From Gemmatimonadota bacterium (GTDB taxonomy: Bacteria; Gemmatimonadota; Gemmatimonadetes; Gemmatimonadales; GWC2-71-9), in the NCBI GenBank assembly GCA_036679605.1, contig JAZDCZ010000365.1:32001-96000 (forward strand): a DNA stretch of 64,000 bases, given 5' to 3'. Positions within the stretch are counted from its first letter, which is position 1, and every line of letters starts with the position of its first letter. The notes beneath the pieces are model-generated. The model was given only the letters and a program-made list of their open reading frames with translations. It did not search any database and was not told the DNA's origin. A program made the translations under genes and the position numbers. Positions 21,306 through 31,393 of the stretch are shown here, piece by piece.

Positions 21306-22651
21306 GAATGAGAATGCAATTGTGGATCGTGGCCGTCTGGGCAGTATTTCTGAGCGGATGCCAGTTTGACGGCCTGTTGGCTCGGAATACCGTTGCCCAG
21401 GCCAACGATCAAAAGCTCACGGTCAGCGAATTGGCCGACATATTGGCGCATGGCAAGGTCCAACTCGAATCGGATATGGTCGAGCAGTGGGTCTGGTCTT
21501 GGTTGCAATCTTCGCTCTACGCGCAGCGGTTGGCGGCGGGCGAGTCAGTTACAGACACGGCGTCCGTTCTCGAGTCTATGTGGCCGGAGGCAATGGGATG
21601 GGCGGTTTTCCATCTGGCCGAGCGGGATGGGCTAGACACCACCGCGGCAGTGGACAGCGCTTTCCTTGCCGGGGACGACCGGATTCTCGACCAGATTCTC
21701 ATCCGCGTGACGCAGGGTATCGTGCCTGAGGACAAGGCAGCTCTACGGCGACGTGCAGCAAGACTCCGTGCGCGCCTACTGGCGGGTATCCTTTGGGACA
21801 CTGTCGCGGCACGCACGAGAGACCTGGGTAGGCAGGCGACAGCGGGCAGCATTGGTCTGGTCGAGCGGGGCCAGCTCGCTCCCGAGGTCGAAAAAGCTGG
21901 ATTTTCTCTAGCGCCTGGGGCGGTATCTGGCGTTGTCGAGTCGTCCTTCGGGTTTCATATTCTTCGTCGACCCCGGTTCGATGAAGTAAACGTGCAATAC
22001 AGTGCCTTTGCCCTGAACAAGGTGTTGGAGCGCTGGAAATCCCAGAAACGCGAGGAACTCTTGAAAAGCCACGACGTCCGGCTGGAGGATGACGCGGCCG
22101 ACGTGCTGCGGGATGCGGTCAAGCACCCAATGCAATTGTTGGCGACCGACCGAAAGGACTTGATCGGGGAGTACGATGGAGGACGTTTTACCAACCGCGA
22201 TTTCATCCATTGGTTGCAAGCCCTGCCCGTACAGGAACATTTGGCCGCGGACACGGTGGACAACGAGGGGCTGAGACGCCTTGCTCGTAGACTCATCGCG
22301 AACGATCTCATCTATGCGGAGGCGAAGAGTGAGGGTGTGGGGCCGACGAAGGACGAGTACGCGGCAATGAGCCGCGAGTACACCGGGAGGCTTGCGGAAC
22401 TGCGATGGGTGATGCGGATAGACACTTTGCTGATAAAGGCAGCCACACCTGCGGAGCGGATGCAAGCGGCGGCTGACGCCACCGACGACTATTTGAAACG
22501 CCAGATCGAAACGCTGAGGGACGTGAGAGTAGTTCCCCCTTTTCTGGCGCAGCGGCTGCGTGACGAAGCCGACTGGAAGTTTTCCTACGATGCTTTAGAT
22601 CGAGCCGTGGAGAGAGCTCGGCGATTACGCGCGAGAACGAACGAGAGGTGA
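21302..22651 (+). CDS. Parvulin-type peptidyl-prolyl isomerase lipoprotein
   Basis: Lipobox FLSG-C; parvulin motif GSIG...VSGVVESSFGFHILR. Confidence 0.75.
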   Translation: MRMRMQLWIVAVWAVFLSGCQFDGLLARNTVAQANDQKLTVSELADILAHGKVQLESDMVEQWVWSWLQSSLYAQRLAAGESVTDTASVLESMWPEAMGWAVFHLAERDGLDTTAAVDSAFLAGDDRILDQILIRVTQGIVPEDKAALRRRAARLRARLLAGILWDTVAARTRDLGRQATAGSIGLVERGQLAPEVEKAGFSLAPGAVSGVVESSFGFHILRRPRFDEVNVQYSAFALNKVLERWKSQKREELLKSHDVRLEDDAADVLRDAVKHPMQLLATDRKDLIGEYDGGRFTNRDFIHWLQALPVQEHLAADTVDNEGLRRLARRLIANDLIYAEAKSEGVGPTKDEYAAMSREYTGRLAELRWVMRIDTLLIKAATPAERMQAAADATDDYLKRQIETLRDVRVVPPFLAQRLRDEADWKFSYDALDRAVERARRLRARTNER

Positions 22652-22660
22652 GATAGTACA

Positions 22661-24088
22661 ATGAAGCTTCGGTTTTTGACGGTTGGCGTTTTGCTCGGTG
22701 GAACGGTGTTGGCCAGCGGTTGCGACGTCCAGGATGCATTTCGTGCGCACGCCGACGTAGCTGCGCGTGCCGGCAATCACGAACTCAGGGTTGAAAGGCT
22801 TGCCGAGATTATTGCCAACTCGCGGAATATCCCGATCCGGCAGGACATTCTCAAGCGTGTCGCGTCGCTGTGGGTAGACTACACTCTTTTCGCACAGCGA
22901 ATCACCGATCAAGATTCTTTGCTCGATTCCCTTTCTGTGATGAACACGATGTGGAACGCAGCTCAGCTGCAGGTGATCGGCTACTATCACGATCAACTGG
23001 TGAGCCAACGCGTAACGATAGATTCCGCGACAGTAGACAGTGTATACAATGCGGGTGAGCGGCGTCTGATATACCACATCCTCGTCCAGACGAGGCCAGA
23101 CATGTCCCAGAGCGACAAGGCCGACCAACTGCGGAAGGCACAGCGACTCAGGACAAGCGCATTGGGCGGCAGTGCAGGTTGGAACAGGGCCATCACTGAG
23201 AGTGAGGACTCGGTGAGCCAATCGCAGGGAGGAAGTCTTGGGATTCTCGGGCGAGGTCAGACAGTTGAGCAATTCGAACGCGTGGCGTTTGCACTGGTGC
23301 CGGGGGAGGTCTCGGCCGTCACGGAAACGGAGTTCGGATATCACGTCATCAAACGCCCGTTTCTCTCTGAAGTACGCCAGGAGTTCGAGCAGCGACTGAA
23401 CGCGATGCTCGTTCGTGATATGGACGCCTTATTCTTGGATGAATTGGAACAACGTTGGGACGTAGAGGTGGTTGTGGATGCGCCGCGCGTGATGCGCGAC
23501 GCGGCCGACGATATGATCCGTTGGAAGGGGTCTCAGAAAGCTATTGGCAAGTACAACGGCGGAAAGTTCACGGCCTCTGATTTTGTGAAGTGGCTCCAAG
23601 CCCTGCCGGCCGAGAACATGGCTCAGGTTACCAACGCGAGCGACGATCAGTTGGTAGAGTTCGCTATGGGTCTAGTTCGGAATACGGTGTTGGAGAAGGA
23701 GGCAAGGGATGCGGGCTACGGGCCAAGCGCGGAAGATTTCGAAAGTCTCAAGCTTTCGCTGTCACAGCGCCTCGCGGGCCTGCGCAATGCAATGGGGCTA
23801 GATTCCAATATCGTGATGTCGGCCGTTGCTGATAGATCGCAGTTGGTTGAGGATGTAGTCGACAGCTATCTTGCGGCCGTCACAACAGACGTCGCTCAAC
23901 TGATAATGGTACCGCCGGCACTCGCCGATCGATTGCGTTCTGAGGACGATTGGAGTTTGTCGACTCCCGGTCTTAAACGCGCGTTACTGCGTAGCGCTGA
24001 AATTCGTGTGAGATTGGGCGGCGATGTGGCTGGTCAGGCGCCGGTAACTCCGGCACCTGCCGCGTCGCAAGATTCTACCGAGTCGTAA
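22661..24088 (+). CDS. Parvulin-type peptidyl-prolyl isomerase lipoprotein (paralog of the upstream gene)
   Basis: Lipobox LASG-C; HILV, SED..S..QGGSLG, FERVAFAL.PGEVS.VTETEFGYHVIK. Confidence 0.85.
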   Translation: MKLRFLTVGVLLGGTVLASGCDVQDAFRAHADVAARAGNHELRVERLAEIIANSRNIPIRQDILKRVASLWVDYTLFAQRITDQDSLLDSLSVMNTMWNAAQLQVIGYYHDQLVSQRVTIDSATVDSVYNAGERRLIYHILVQTRPDMSQSDKADQLRKAQRLRTSALGGSAGWNRAITESEDSVSQSQGGSLGILGRGQTVEQFERVAFALVPGEVSAVTETEFGYHVIKRPFLSEVRQEFEQRLNAMLVRDMDALFLDELEQRWDVEVVVDAPRVMRDAADDMIRWKGSQKAIGKYNGGKFTASDFVKWLQALPAENMAQVTNASDDQLVEFAMGLVRNTVLEKEARDAGYGPSAEDFESLKLSLSQRLAGLRNAMGLDSNIVMSAVADRSQLVEDVVDSYLAAVTTDVAQLIMVPPALADRLRSEDDWSLSTPGLKRALLRSAEIRVRLGGDVAGQAPVTPAPAASQDSTES

Positions 24089-24103
24089 ATTGCGGGGGTA
24101 GGT

Positions 24104-25420
24104 ATGCAACTGCGTCAATTGAGAATCGCTCTACTAGGCCTGATCGTGATAGCCACTCCGGTCGTAGCGCAAGAAGGCCTGCGAGTGCCGGTCGATCGAA
24201 TAGTTGCTATCGTGGGCGAGACACCCATCACGTTGAGCCGGATGGACGAGCAGCTCCAGGTGTTTCTCACCCAGGGTGGCGAACTCCCGACCGATGCAGA
24301 TTCACTGCGCCAGTTGAGGCTTTCGGTTCTCGAACAGCTCGTCGATGATGAGCTGATCATTCAGGCTGCCGAGAGAGATACGCTAGTCCAGATTACAGAG
24401 GAGGAAGTGCAGAGCGCTGTAGAAGAGGCCATGAAAAACCTCAGGGAGCAAGTACCGTCGGAACTCGATTTTCAGCGGGAAGTCCAGGCCATCGGTTTCA
24501 AGAGTCTGGACGACTACCGCGTTTGGTTGGCCGAACAGCAACGGCGCCAGATTCTGACATCAGTTTATATGCAGGAACTCAGGCAGCGTGGTCAGTTCAT
24601 TCCAATTCCGCCGACCGAATCGGAACTGCGAGACTATTTTGAGAGCACACGAAGCCAGCATCCTAAACGACCGGCCACGGTAACGTACCGCCAGATCGCC
24701 GTGCCGGCCTTCGCAGATCCGGTGGAATTGCGGAAGGCCGAGCAACGTGCCGATTCTCTCGTACTGCGTCTTAGAGGAGGGGAGGATTTCGGGGCTCTAG
24801 CGCTTCAGTTTTCGGCCGATTCCGGCAGCGCGCAGCAGGGAGGTAGGTTGGGATGGGTGCGTCGAGGCCAAGGTCTGGTCAAGGAGTTCGAGGATCTGGC
24901 GTTTCGGCTCCGACCCGGTGTGGTGTCGAGTCCTCTACTGACCCCTTTCGGATTTCACATTATTGAGGTAGAGCGTTCCGAACCCGCGTCCATTCAGGTC
25001 CGGCACATTCTCATCGCTCCCACAATAACCGACGAGCAACAGGCCGCGGCACGGAAGCGCGCCGAGGCAGCCAAGGGAGCCCTCGAGCAGGGCCTGTCGT
25101 TCGACTCGCTTTCGCGCAGCTTTCACGACCGCACAGAAGAGCGCTTTCTAGAGGACGTTCCGGTCGATGCCCTTAGTCTGCAGCTCAGAGAAGCCTTTGC
25201 GACAGCTAAGCCAGGCGATATTCTGGGCCCGTTTGAGCGCGACCGTGGCTTGGGTCGTGTGCTCTATCCGGTAATAGTCTTTCAAGAGCGGAGAGCAGAG
25301 GGGACGGCGAGCTTTGAAGATCTAGAAGATCGAATGCGCTCTTCGCTTGCCGAGAACAATGCGCTCAAGCGTCTCCTCGATAGCCTACGCTCATCGACTT
25401 ACGTGGACGTTCGCCTCTAG
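24104..25420 (+). CDS. surA: SurA-like periplasmic chaperone/PPIase
   Basis: VDRIVAIVGETPIT N-terminus, parvulin FSADSGSAQQGGRLG..FGFHII, C-terminal LRSSTYVDVRL; adjacent to pdxA. Confidence 0.85.
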   Translation: MQLRQLRIALLGLIVIATPVVAQEGLRVPVDRIVAIVGETPITLSRMDEQLQVFLTQGGELPTDADSLRQLRLSVLEQLVDDELIIQAAERDTLVQITEEEVQSAVEEAMKNLREQVPSELDFQREVQAIGFKSLDDYRVWLAEQQRRQILTSVYMQELRQRGQFIPIPPTESELRDYFESTRSQHPKRPATVTYRQIAVPAFADPVELRKAEQRADSLVLRLRGGEDFGALALQFSADSGSAQQGGRLGWVRRGQGLVKEFEDLAFRLRPGVVSSPLLTPFGFHIIEVERSEPASIQVRHILIAPTITDEQQAAARKRAEAAKGALEQGLSFDSLSRSFHDRTEERFLEDVPVDALSLQLREAFATAKPGDILGPFERDRGLGRVLYPVIVFQERRAEGTASFEDLEDRMRSSLAENNALKRLLDSLRSSTYVDVRL

Positions 25421-25427
25421 CAATCCC

Positions 25428-26348
25428 GTGCGCCCGCGCGTCGCGATTACAGTAGGGGATCCGCGAGGCATTGGACCGGAGATCTCCAGGAAAGTCTTGC
25501 AACATCCCCCCGAAAATTCGGATTACGTTCTCATAGGTCCCGCGGAGCAAGTTTGCGACGTGGGTGTCGATTCCATTGTCGTGGGTGGAGGTCGAGGAAA
25601 AGGGGAAGCGGGATGCGCAGACTTGCCGATCGAAGAGGCGGGAAGGCTCACCGTCCTACAGGTTGAGAAGGCTGTTGCCCTGGCGCTGGAAGGATCCGTG
25701 GACGCCATCGTTACAGGTCCAGCCGAAAAACGCGCGCTTCACGCTGCCGGCTGCAAGTACCCGGGACACACCGAGTGGCTCGGTGAACTCGCGGGCGGTG
25801 TGGAGACAGCCATGATGCTCGCAGCGGGCGATCTGCGAGTGGTGTTGGCCACTACCCATATTGCGTTGAGACAAGTTCCGGACTCCGTGACGGTAGAGCG
25901 AATCGTCACCGTCGGGAAATTGGCGGCCAGGGCGTTGCAAAAATGGTGGGATCTAGAGAATCCGAGACTTGCGATCTGTGCCCTCAACCCGCATGGGGGT
26001 GAGGGGGGATTGTTCGGTGAGGAGGACGAGACCGTACTGCGGCCTGCCGCGGAAGAATTGGGAGCAGCAGGGCCTGTGCCCGCCGACACCGTGTTCGTTC
26101 GAGCGTTGAGGGGTGAGTTCGATGCCGTAATAGCTCCCTATCACGACGTTGGTATGACGGCAGTAAAGGTTTCGGGATTTGGGAGAGGTGTTAACATCAC
26201 GTTGGGGTTGCCATTTATTCGAACCGCGCCCGACCATGGCACGGCGTTCGATATCGCCGGTAAGGGAATTGCAGATCCTAGCTCTATGCAAGAAGCCGTA
26301 GCACTTGCCGTTCGACTCGCCAAGATGTGTGTTTCGACCGGCGGCTAG
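25428..26348 (+). CDS. pdxA: 4-hydroxythreonine-4-phosphate dehydrogenase
   Basis: AITVGDPRGIGPEI, GHTE, TTHIAL, LNPHGGEGG, YHD, RTAPDHGTAFDIAGKG; start GTG 25428. Confidence 0.95.
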   Translation: MRPRVAITVGDPRGIGPEISRKVLQHPPENSDYVLIGPAEQVCDVGVDSIVVGGGRGKGEAGCADLPIEEAGRLTVLQVEKAVALALEGSVDAIVTGPAEKRALHAAGCKYPGHTEWLGELAGGVETAMMLAAGDLRVVLATTHIALRQVPDSVTVERIVTVGKLAARALQKWWDLENPRLAICALNPHGGEGGLFGEEDETVLRPAAEELGAAGPVPADTVFVRALRGEFDAVIAPYHDVGMTAVKVSGFGRGVNITLGLPFIRTAPDHGTAFDIAGKGIADPSSMQEAVALAVRLAKMCVSTGG

Positions 26349-27679
26349 GAGTCTGACTGCGCTTTTCCAACCGTAACAATTCTCACTTTTTCCACACGTT
26401 TCTCTTCCATCTCGAGCACGTCCAGCATGAGATCCTCCAGCTGTATTCGATCTCCCGGCTGCGGAAGCCGTCCTAATTTGCCAAAGGCGAGACCGCCGAT
26501 CGTCTGGTAGTCATCGGTCTCTATGGAGAGCCCGAATTTTTTGTTCAGGTCATCGATTTCGGTGTCGCCTGCGACTGTTATGCCATCCGTGCCGGCGTCG
26601 GGCAGAGACTCGGCTTCGTCGTATTCGTCATAGATTTCTCCAACGATCTCCTCGATGAGGTCTTCCATAGTCACTATGCCGGCTGTTCCACCCCACTCAT
26701 CGAGTACCACCGCCATTTGGGCTTTGAGCCGCTGCATGTCGGTGAGAACATCCTCGATCTCCCGGGTGCCGGGCAGAAACATAGGTTCCATCATCAAGTG
26801 AGAAATTGCCTCGTTCCTCTTGTCACGGAGGGACACCAATATCTGTTTGACGTGGACTATCCCTACGATGTCGTCGAGTGAGTCTTTGTAAACGGGGTAA
26901 CGTGATCGTCCGGTTTCAGAGATAAGGTTCAGGGCTTCGTCCACCGTGGTGTCTATGGGCAAACCCACCACCTCCGTGCGCGGTGTCATTACGTCCCGCG
27001 CACGTTTCTCACTGAATTCAAATACGCCTTCGATAAGTCGAACGTCTTCGTCTTCGAGTTGCCCCGACTCCTTGCTTTGCTTGACCAGCATCACGATCTC
27101 TTCAGGCTGGTGCACGCGTTCGGCTTCGCTAGGAGCTTTGGCGCCGACGAGCCGGAGCAGACCATTGGCTGCGCCATTGAGCAGCCAGATAAACGGATTG
27201 GTAGCTTTTGTAAATAGGATGAGGGGGGCGGCGAGCCACCGACTCGTGTCCTCGGGATGTAGGAGCGCGAATGCTTTCGGGGCGAGTTCACCTAATACGA
27301 TATGAAGGAAAATGATTATCAGAAACGCAATCGTGGCCGCCGCCCCGTGTGTGGCGATCTGGTCCAGCGGAGTGGGCAAGTTGCGAAACAATTGCTCGAT
27401 TGCGGAGGCAACGGCAGGCTCGCCGATCCAGCCAAGGCCCAGGCTTGCGACGGTGATCCCGAGCTGTGTGCCGGAAATGTACCGATCGAGTGATTGAATC
27501 GCCTTTTGAGCGAGCTTAGCTTTCTTGTCACCGTCGTCGGCGAGTCGGTCGATACGGGTACGGCGGGCCGCGACGAGTCCGAACTCCGCGGCCACGAAGA
27601 GGCCGTTGGCAGCAACAAGAAGGAGGACGGCGCCGGCACGCCAGATGAAGTCCAGGAGTGATAAGTCGGATTCAGGCAT
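26345..27679 (-). CDS. CNNM/HlyC-CorC family transporter (DUF21 + CBS pair + CorC)
   Basis: [61 protein letters not shown]. Confidence 0.93.
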   Translation of the reverse strand: MPESDLSLLDFIWRAGAVLLLVAANGLFVAAEFGLVAARRTRIDRLADDGDKKAKLAQKAIQSLDRYISGTQLGITVASLGLGWIGEPAVASAIEQLFRNLPTPLDQIATHGAAATIAFLIIIFLHIVLGELAPKAFALLHPEDTSRWLAAPLILFTKATNPFIWLLNGAANGLLRLVGAKAPSEAERVHQPEEIVMLVKQSKESGQLEDEDVRLIEGVFEFSEKRARDVMTPRTEVVGLPIDTTVDEALNLISETGRSRYPVYKDSLDDIVGIVHVKQILVSLRDKRNEAISHLMMEPMFLPGTREIEDVLTDMQRLKAQMAVVLDEWGGTAGIVTMEDLIEEIVGEIYDEYDEAESLPDAGTDGITVAGDTEIDDLNKKFGLSIETDDYQTIGGLAFGKLGRLPQPGDRIQLEDLMLDVLEMEEKRVEKVRIVTVGKAQSDS

Positions 27680-27746
27680 ATACTGATGGCTCTAAGGTAA
27701 GCAGGGGTACAGTCCCGGCAACAGGACACGGCTGAGGCGCCTGAAA

Positions 27747-28664
27747 GTGACGTCCAACGATTCTACTGATAACGCTCTGAAATGCGTTCAATCGGCTCCG
27801 GTGCTGCGCGGTCACAAGCGCTCGTTGAGGCTGGTCCTGGCAATCACACTCACAGTGATGGTGGCCGAAGTCCTGGGTGGCTGGTTCGCCAATTCGCTGG
27901 CGTTGCTGGCGGACGCCGGTCACATGCTTACAGATGCTGCCGCAATCGGTCTGGCCTTGTTCGCGGCCTGGATCTCCGACCGACCACCCACGGCGAGCAA
28001 GACATTCGGCTACTTGAGGCTGGAAGTGCTGGCCGCGCTGGTGAACGGTTCGACACTGTTCGTGTTGGCCGGACTCATAGTCTGGCACGCGATCGATCGA
28101 TTCGTCTCGCCGCCGGACGTAGAGCCACAGCTAATGCTTGGGGTGGCAGCGATAGGCCTTATGGCCAACGTGATTGCGCTCAAGATTCTCCACGGCGGCC
28201 ACGAGCATTCGCTCAACATTCGAGGGGCTTTTCTCCACGTACTAGGTGACTTGCTGGGCTCGGTAGGTGCACTGATCGCCGGCGTGATCATATTGACGAC
28301 GGGCTGGACGTTGGCAGATCCTATCACGTCGATTGTGATTGCAGTTCTGATTCTCGGTGGCGCCTGGCGCCTGGTTCGTGACAGCGTTGACGTCCTTCTG
28401 GAGGCTACGCCGCGACATATCTCGCTCCAGCAGGTGGCCGACAGGATCTCGAGCATTCCGGATATTCTAGAGGTGCACGATCTCCACGTATGGACGGTTA
28501 CGTCTGGAGTCATCGCGATGAGCGGTCATGCGATTGTGGCTGAGCCCAGCCGCAACCAGGCTGTGCTGGAAGCTGTGCAGAGGAGGATGGCGAAACTCGG
28601 CATCAATCATGTGACCGTGCAGATCGAGGATGGAAAAAACGGCTGCGCCGAGATTAGCATCTAG
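27747..28664 (+). CDS. Cation diffusion facilitator (CzcD/ZitB-type Zn/Co/Cd exporter)
   Basis: SLALLADAGHMLTD, TFGYLRLEVLAALVN, HVLGDLLGS, HDLHVW, HVTVQIE. Confidence 0.93.
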   Translation: MTSNDSTDNALKCVQSAPVLRGHKRSLRLVLAITLTVMVAEVLGGWFANSLALLADAGHMLTDAAAIGLALFAAWISDRPPTASKTFGYLRLEVLAALVNGSTLFVLAGLIVWHAIDRFVSPPDVEPQLMLGVAAIGLMANVIALKILHGGHEHSLNIRGAFLHVLGDLLGSVGALIAGVIILTTGWTLADPITSIVIAVLILGGAWRLVRDSVDVLLEATPRHISLQQVADRISSIPDILEVHDLHVWTVTSGVIAMSGHAIVAEPSRNQAVLEAVQRRMAKLGINHVTVQIEDGKNGCAEISI

Positions 28665-28715
28665 CTATACTCCACAGCTTTAGTTGAACGTCTAATTGCA
28701 CGGTAATGGAAGGAT

Positions 28716-30575
28716 TTGCGGTCGGTGCTTAGGAACATCGCGATTATCGCACATGTGGATCATGGAAAGACTACGCTAGTCGACAAGATGTTGCGTCAGG
28801 CCGGCGTGTTCCGGTCTAACCAACAGGTAACGGAACGCGTTATGGACTCAAATCCGCTCGAGCGTGAACGTGGCATAACGATTCTGTCGAAGAACACTGC
28901 TGTTCGGTGGAACGACGTGAAGATCAACGTAGTAGATACGCCGGGGCACGCCGATTTCGGTGGAGAGGTCGAGCGGATCCTGCGGATGGTAGACGGAGTG
29001 CTCTTGTTGGTCGATGCGGCCGAAGGTCCGATGCCGCAAACTCGATTTGTGATGCGCAAGGCGTTGGCGTTGAACTTGAAGCCGGTCATAGTCATAAACA
29101 AGGTTGACCGCCCCGACGCCCGTTCTGCAGAGGTTCACGACGAGGTATTGGAGCTGCTGTTAGATCTCGAAGCTAGTGACGAGCAGTTGGATGCGCCTTT
29201 CCTTTACGCCTCTGCGAAATACGGATGGGCGGCTAGGGATTTGCCGGAGGACTGGGATCCAGAGAATCACGACCTCACGCCTCTTTTCGAGACGATTGTG
29301 GAGGCGGTACCTGCGCCTCGAGCATACGCTGGACCCTTCCAGATGCTAGTCTCTACGTTGGACCATTCGCCGTATACGGGCCGCGTGGCCATCGGCCGGA
29401 TCGAGCGGGGCAGTGTGACGGCCGGACAGCAGGTCGCGTTGTTGTCGCTGGGCGATCCAGGGTTTGTTGCGCAGGATGAAGCGGTGCATGGGCGCGTACT
29501 CAAGTTGTATGGCTTCGAGGGTCTGGATCGAGTCGAGCTGGATACCGCCGCCGCCGGTGATATCATCGCGCTGACCGGGTTGGACGGAATAGAGATCGGC
29601 AAGACGGTGGCCGATGTCGATTGTCTCGAGCGGCTTGCAGGCATCGCGGTAGAAGAGCCCACGATCTCCGTCGAATTCATGGTGAACGATTCTCCTTTCG
29701 CCGGCAAGAGCGGGAAGTACGTCACGTCGCGCCAGATACGGGACCGACTTTACCGTGAATTAGAACGCAACGTGGCGCTTCAGGTAGACGACACTGAGAA
29801 GCCGGAAGTGTTTTCGGTCGCGGGACGGGGGGAGTTACATCTCGGAATTCTCATTGAGACGATGCGGCGCGAGGGGTACGAGTTTCAGGTGAGCCGACCG
29901 AGGGTAATCATGCGGCAGGATGCCGACGGCAAGGCGACCGAGCCATATGAAGAACTCGTGGTAGATGTGCCGGAGGACATGGTCGGCGTCGTGATCGAAA
30001 AAATGGGTTCGCGCCGAGGTGACATGATCGATATGAGGAACCCGGGGCGGGGCAGCGTGAGGATGCGGTTTCGCATCCCTTCGCGTTGTCTATTCGGATT
30101 TCGCTCGGAGTTCTTGACTGATACCAGGGGTGAGGGAACATTGCACCACCGGTTTCTGGAGTACAGTCCCTGGGCGGGCCCGCTGGATGGCCGGTCGCGC
30201 GGTGTACTGGTTGCGGATCGTCAGGGCCAGGCGGTAGGTTATGGAATATTCGGGCTACAGGAGCGTAGTACGTTGTTCGTGGCGCCGGGCGACCCCGTGT
30301 ATGAGGGGATGATCGTGGGAGAGAACGCCCGGGAGAGTGACATGGATGTCAACGTCTGTAAGGAGAAGAAGCTGACGAACATGCGTGCCTCCGGTTCCGA
30401 TGACAACATTCTATTGGTTCCTCCTCGACGAATGACGCTCGAGATGTCGCTGGAGTACATCGCGGACGATGAGTTGATCGAGGTCACGCCGGATGCGATC
30501 CGGCTTCGAAAGCGCGCGCTCAGTGTGAACGCGAGGAAGAAGGCTGTCCGCCAGGCACGTGCGGCGGCTAGGTAG
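28716..30575 (+). CDS. typA: Translational GTPase TypA/BipA
   Basis: RNIAIIAHVDHGKTTLVD, DTPGHADFGGEVER, GRGELHLGILIETMRREG, KKLTNMRASGSD. Confidence 0.99.
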   Translation: MRSVLRNIAIIAHVDHGKTTLVDKMLRQAGVFRSNQQVTERVMDSNPLERERGITILSKNTAVRWNDVKINVVDTPGHADFGGEVERILRMVDGVLLLVDAAEGPMPQTRFVMRKALALNLKPVIVINKVDRPDARSAEVHDEVLELLLDLEASDEQLDAPFLYASAKYGWAARDLPEDWDPENHDLTPLFETIVEAVPAPRAYAGPFQMLVSTLDHSPYTGRVAIGRIERGSVTAGQQVALLSLGDPGFVAQDEAVHGRVLKLYGFEGLDRVELDTAAAGDIIALTGLDGIEIGKTVADVDCLERLAGIAVEEPTISVEFMVNDSPFAGKSGKYVTSRQIRDRLYRELERNVALQVDDTEKPEVFSVAGRGELHLGILIETMRREGYEFQVSRPRVIMRQDADGKATEPYEELVVDVPEDMVGVVIEKMGSRRGDMIDMRNPGRGSVRMRFRIPSRCLFGFRSEFLTDTRGEGTLHHRFLEYSPWAGPLDGRSRGVLVADRQGQAVGYGIFGLQERSTLFVAPGDPVYEGMIVGENARESDMDVNVCKEKKLTNMRASGSDDNILLVPPRRMTLEMSLEYIADDELIEVTPDAIRLRKRALSVNARKKAVRQARAAAR

Positions 30576-30614
30576 AAAGGTGCATGACCCTTAGCGCGAG
30601 GAAATGAAGGAGTC

Positions 30615-30811
30615 ATGTTGTCCCGACAGACGTCGACTTGGCCGGTCCTGGGCCTCACTGACGACGATGACGATGAGGAATGAACGACGAGCGTGATTTC
30701 GAAGAAGACGAGGTACTGGGTGACGACGACGGTGATGACGATGATGAATGGGAGGAGGACGAAGATGAGTTGGAGCCGCACCGCAGGAAGCGGCCTGCCG
30801 AGTGGGAGTAG
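30615..30811 (+). other. Highly acidic small protein, either split by a 1-nt frameshift or two overlapping mini-ORFs (30615-30683, 22 aa; 30680-30811, 43 aa)
   Basis: MLSRQTSTWPVLGLTDDDDDEE* overlaps via ATGA with MNDERDFEEDEVLGDDDGDDDDEWEEDEDELEPHRRKRPAEWE*; AAGGAG upstream. Confidence 0.5.
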
Positions 30812-30874
30812 AAAAGGCGCGGCGGCCGGGGTTGGCCCGTCTGGCTACCGCGTCTAGATTTGTGTGTCCAAACC

Positions 30875-30948
<74 letters not shown>

Positions 30949-30995
30949 TTGCCGTTGCCGCAGACAACGCAGATGGCACTGATCTACGCAGATGT

Positions 30996-31031
30996 AGCCC
31001 GCCGTGGTCCGAGAGACCGCGGTGGGTTTTT
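30996..31031 (+). terminator. Intrinsic terminator after tRNA-Ile
   Basis: AGCCCGCCGTGGTC-CGAGA-GACCGCGGTGGGTT hairpin (G-U pairs allowed) running into a T tract. Confidence 0.75.
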
Positions 31032-31113
31032 GCGTGAACGGCCTCCGTCTATCCGCGGTGGTCAGTGTAATGAGTGGCCGGGTTGTTGTCATGGAGGACG
31101 GGACAGACATCCC

Positions 31114-31317
31114 GTTACACATCGAGCGCTAACCCGCTACTCAGAGGGATTCATAAGTGAGACTGCAATTGGTATTACCGATTCGGCTGGGACGACCGTA
31201 TGTTTCAACGCCTTGAGATTGTTGAGATTATCGGGGATTACCCTTGCATGATATTCCGATACGCGGCCTGGGGAGAGCAGACCATGAGCACTCCGGATAC
31301 AATCCTTATCGTTAGAC
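31114..31317 (+). repeat. Repeat A copy 1: non-coding leader ending in a GTTAGAC core (attI/Pc-like)
   Basis: Shares GTTAC.CATCGAGCGCT.AC.CGCTAC, GCCTTGAGATT.TTGAGATT.TCGGGG, CTTGCA.GATATTCCG and GCGGCCTG.GGAGA with copy 3; GTTAGAC at 31311. Confidence 0.85.
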
Positions 31318-31393
31318 GCCGCTTCAGAAACCGATATTCTGCGATGATCTTCAGATGCAAGAGCACCGAGCACGTTCTGATTACGTCCCTTCT

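Noticed and set aside
31233..31248. Sigma-54 promoter (GG-N10-GC, TTGC) inside repeat A
   Set aside because: The GG comes from a G-run and TGGCAC is absent, so the match is too weak to call.
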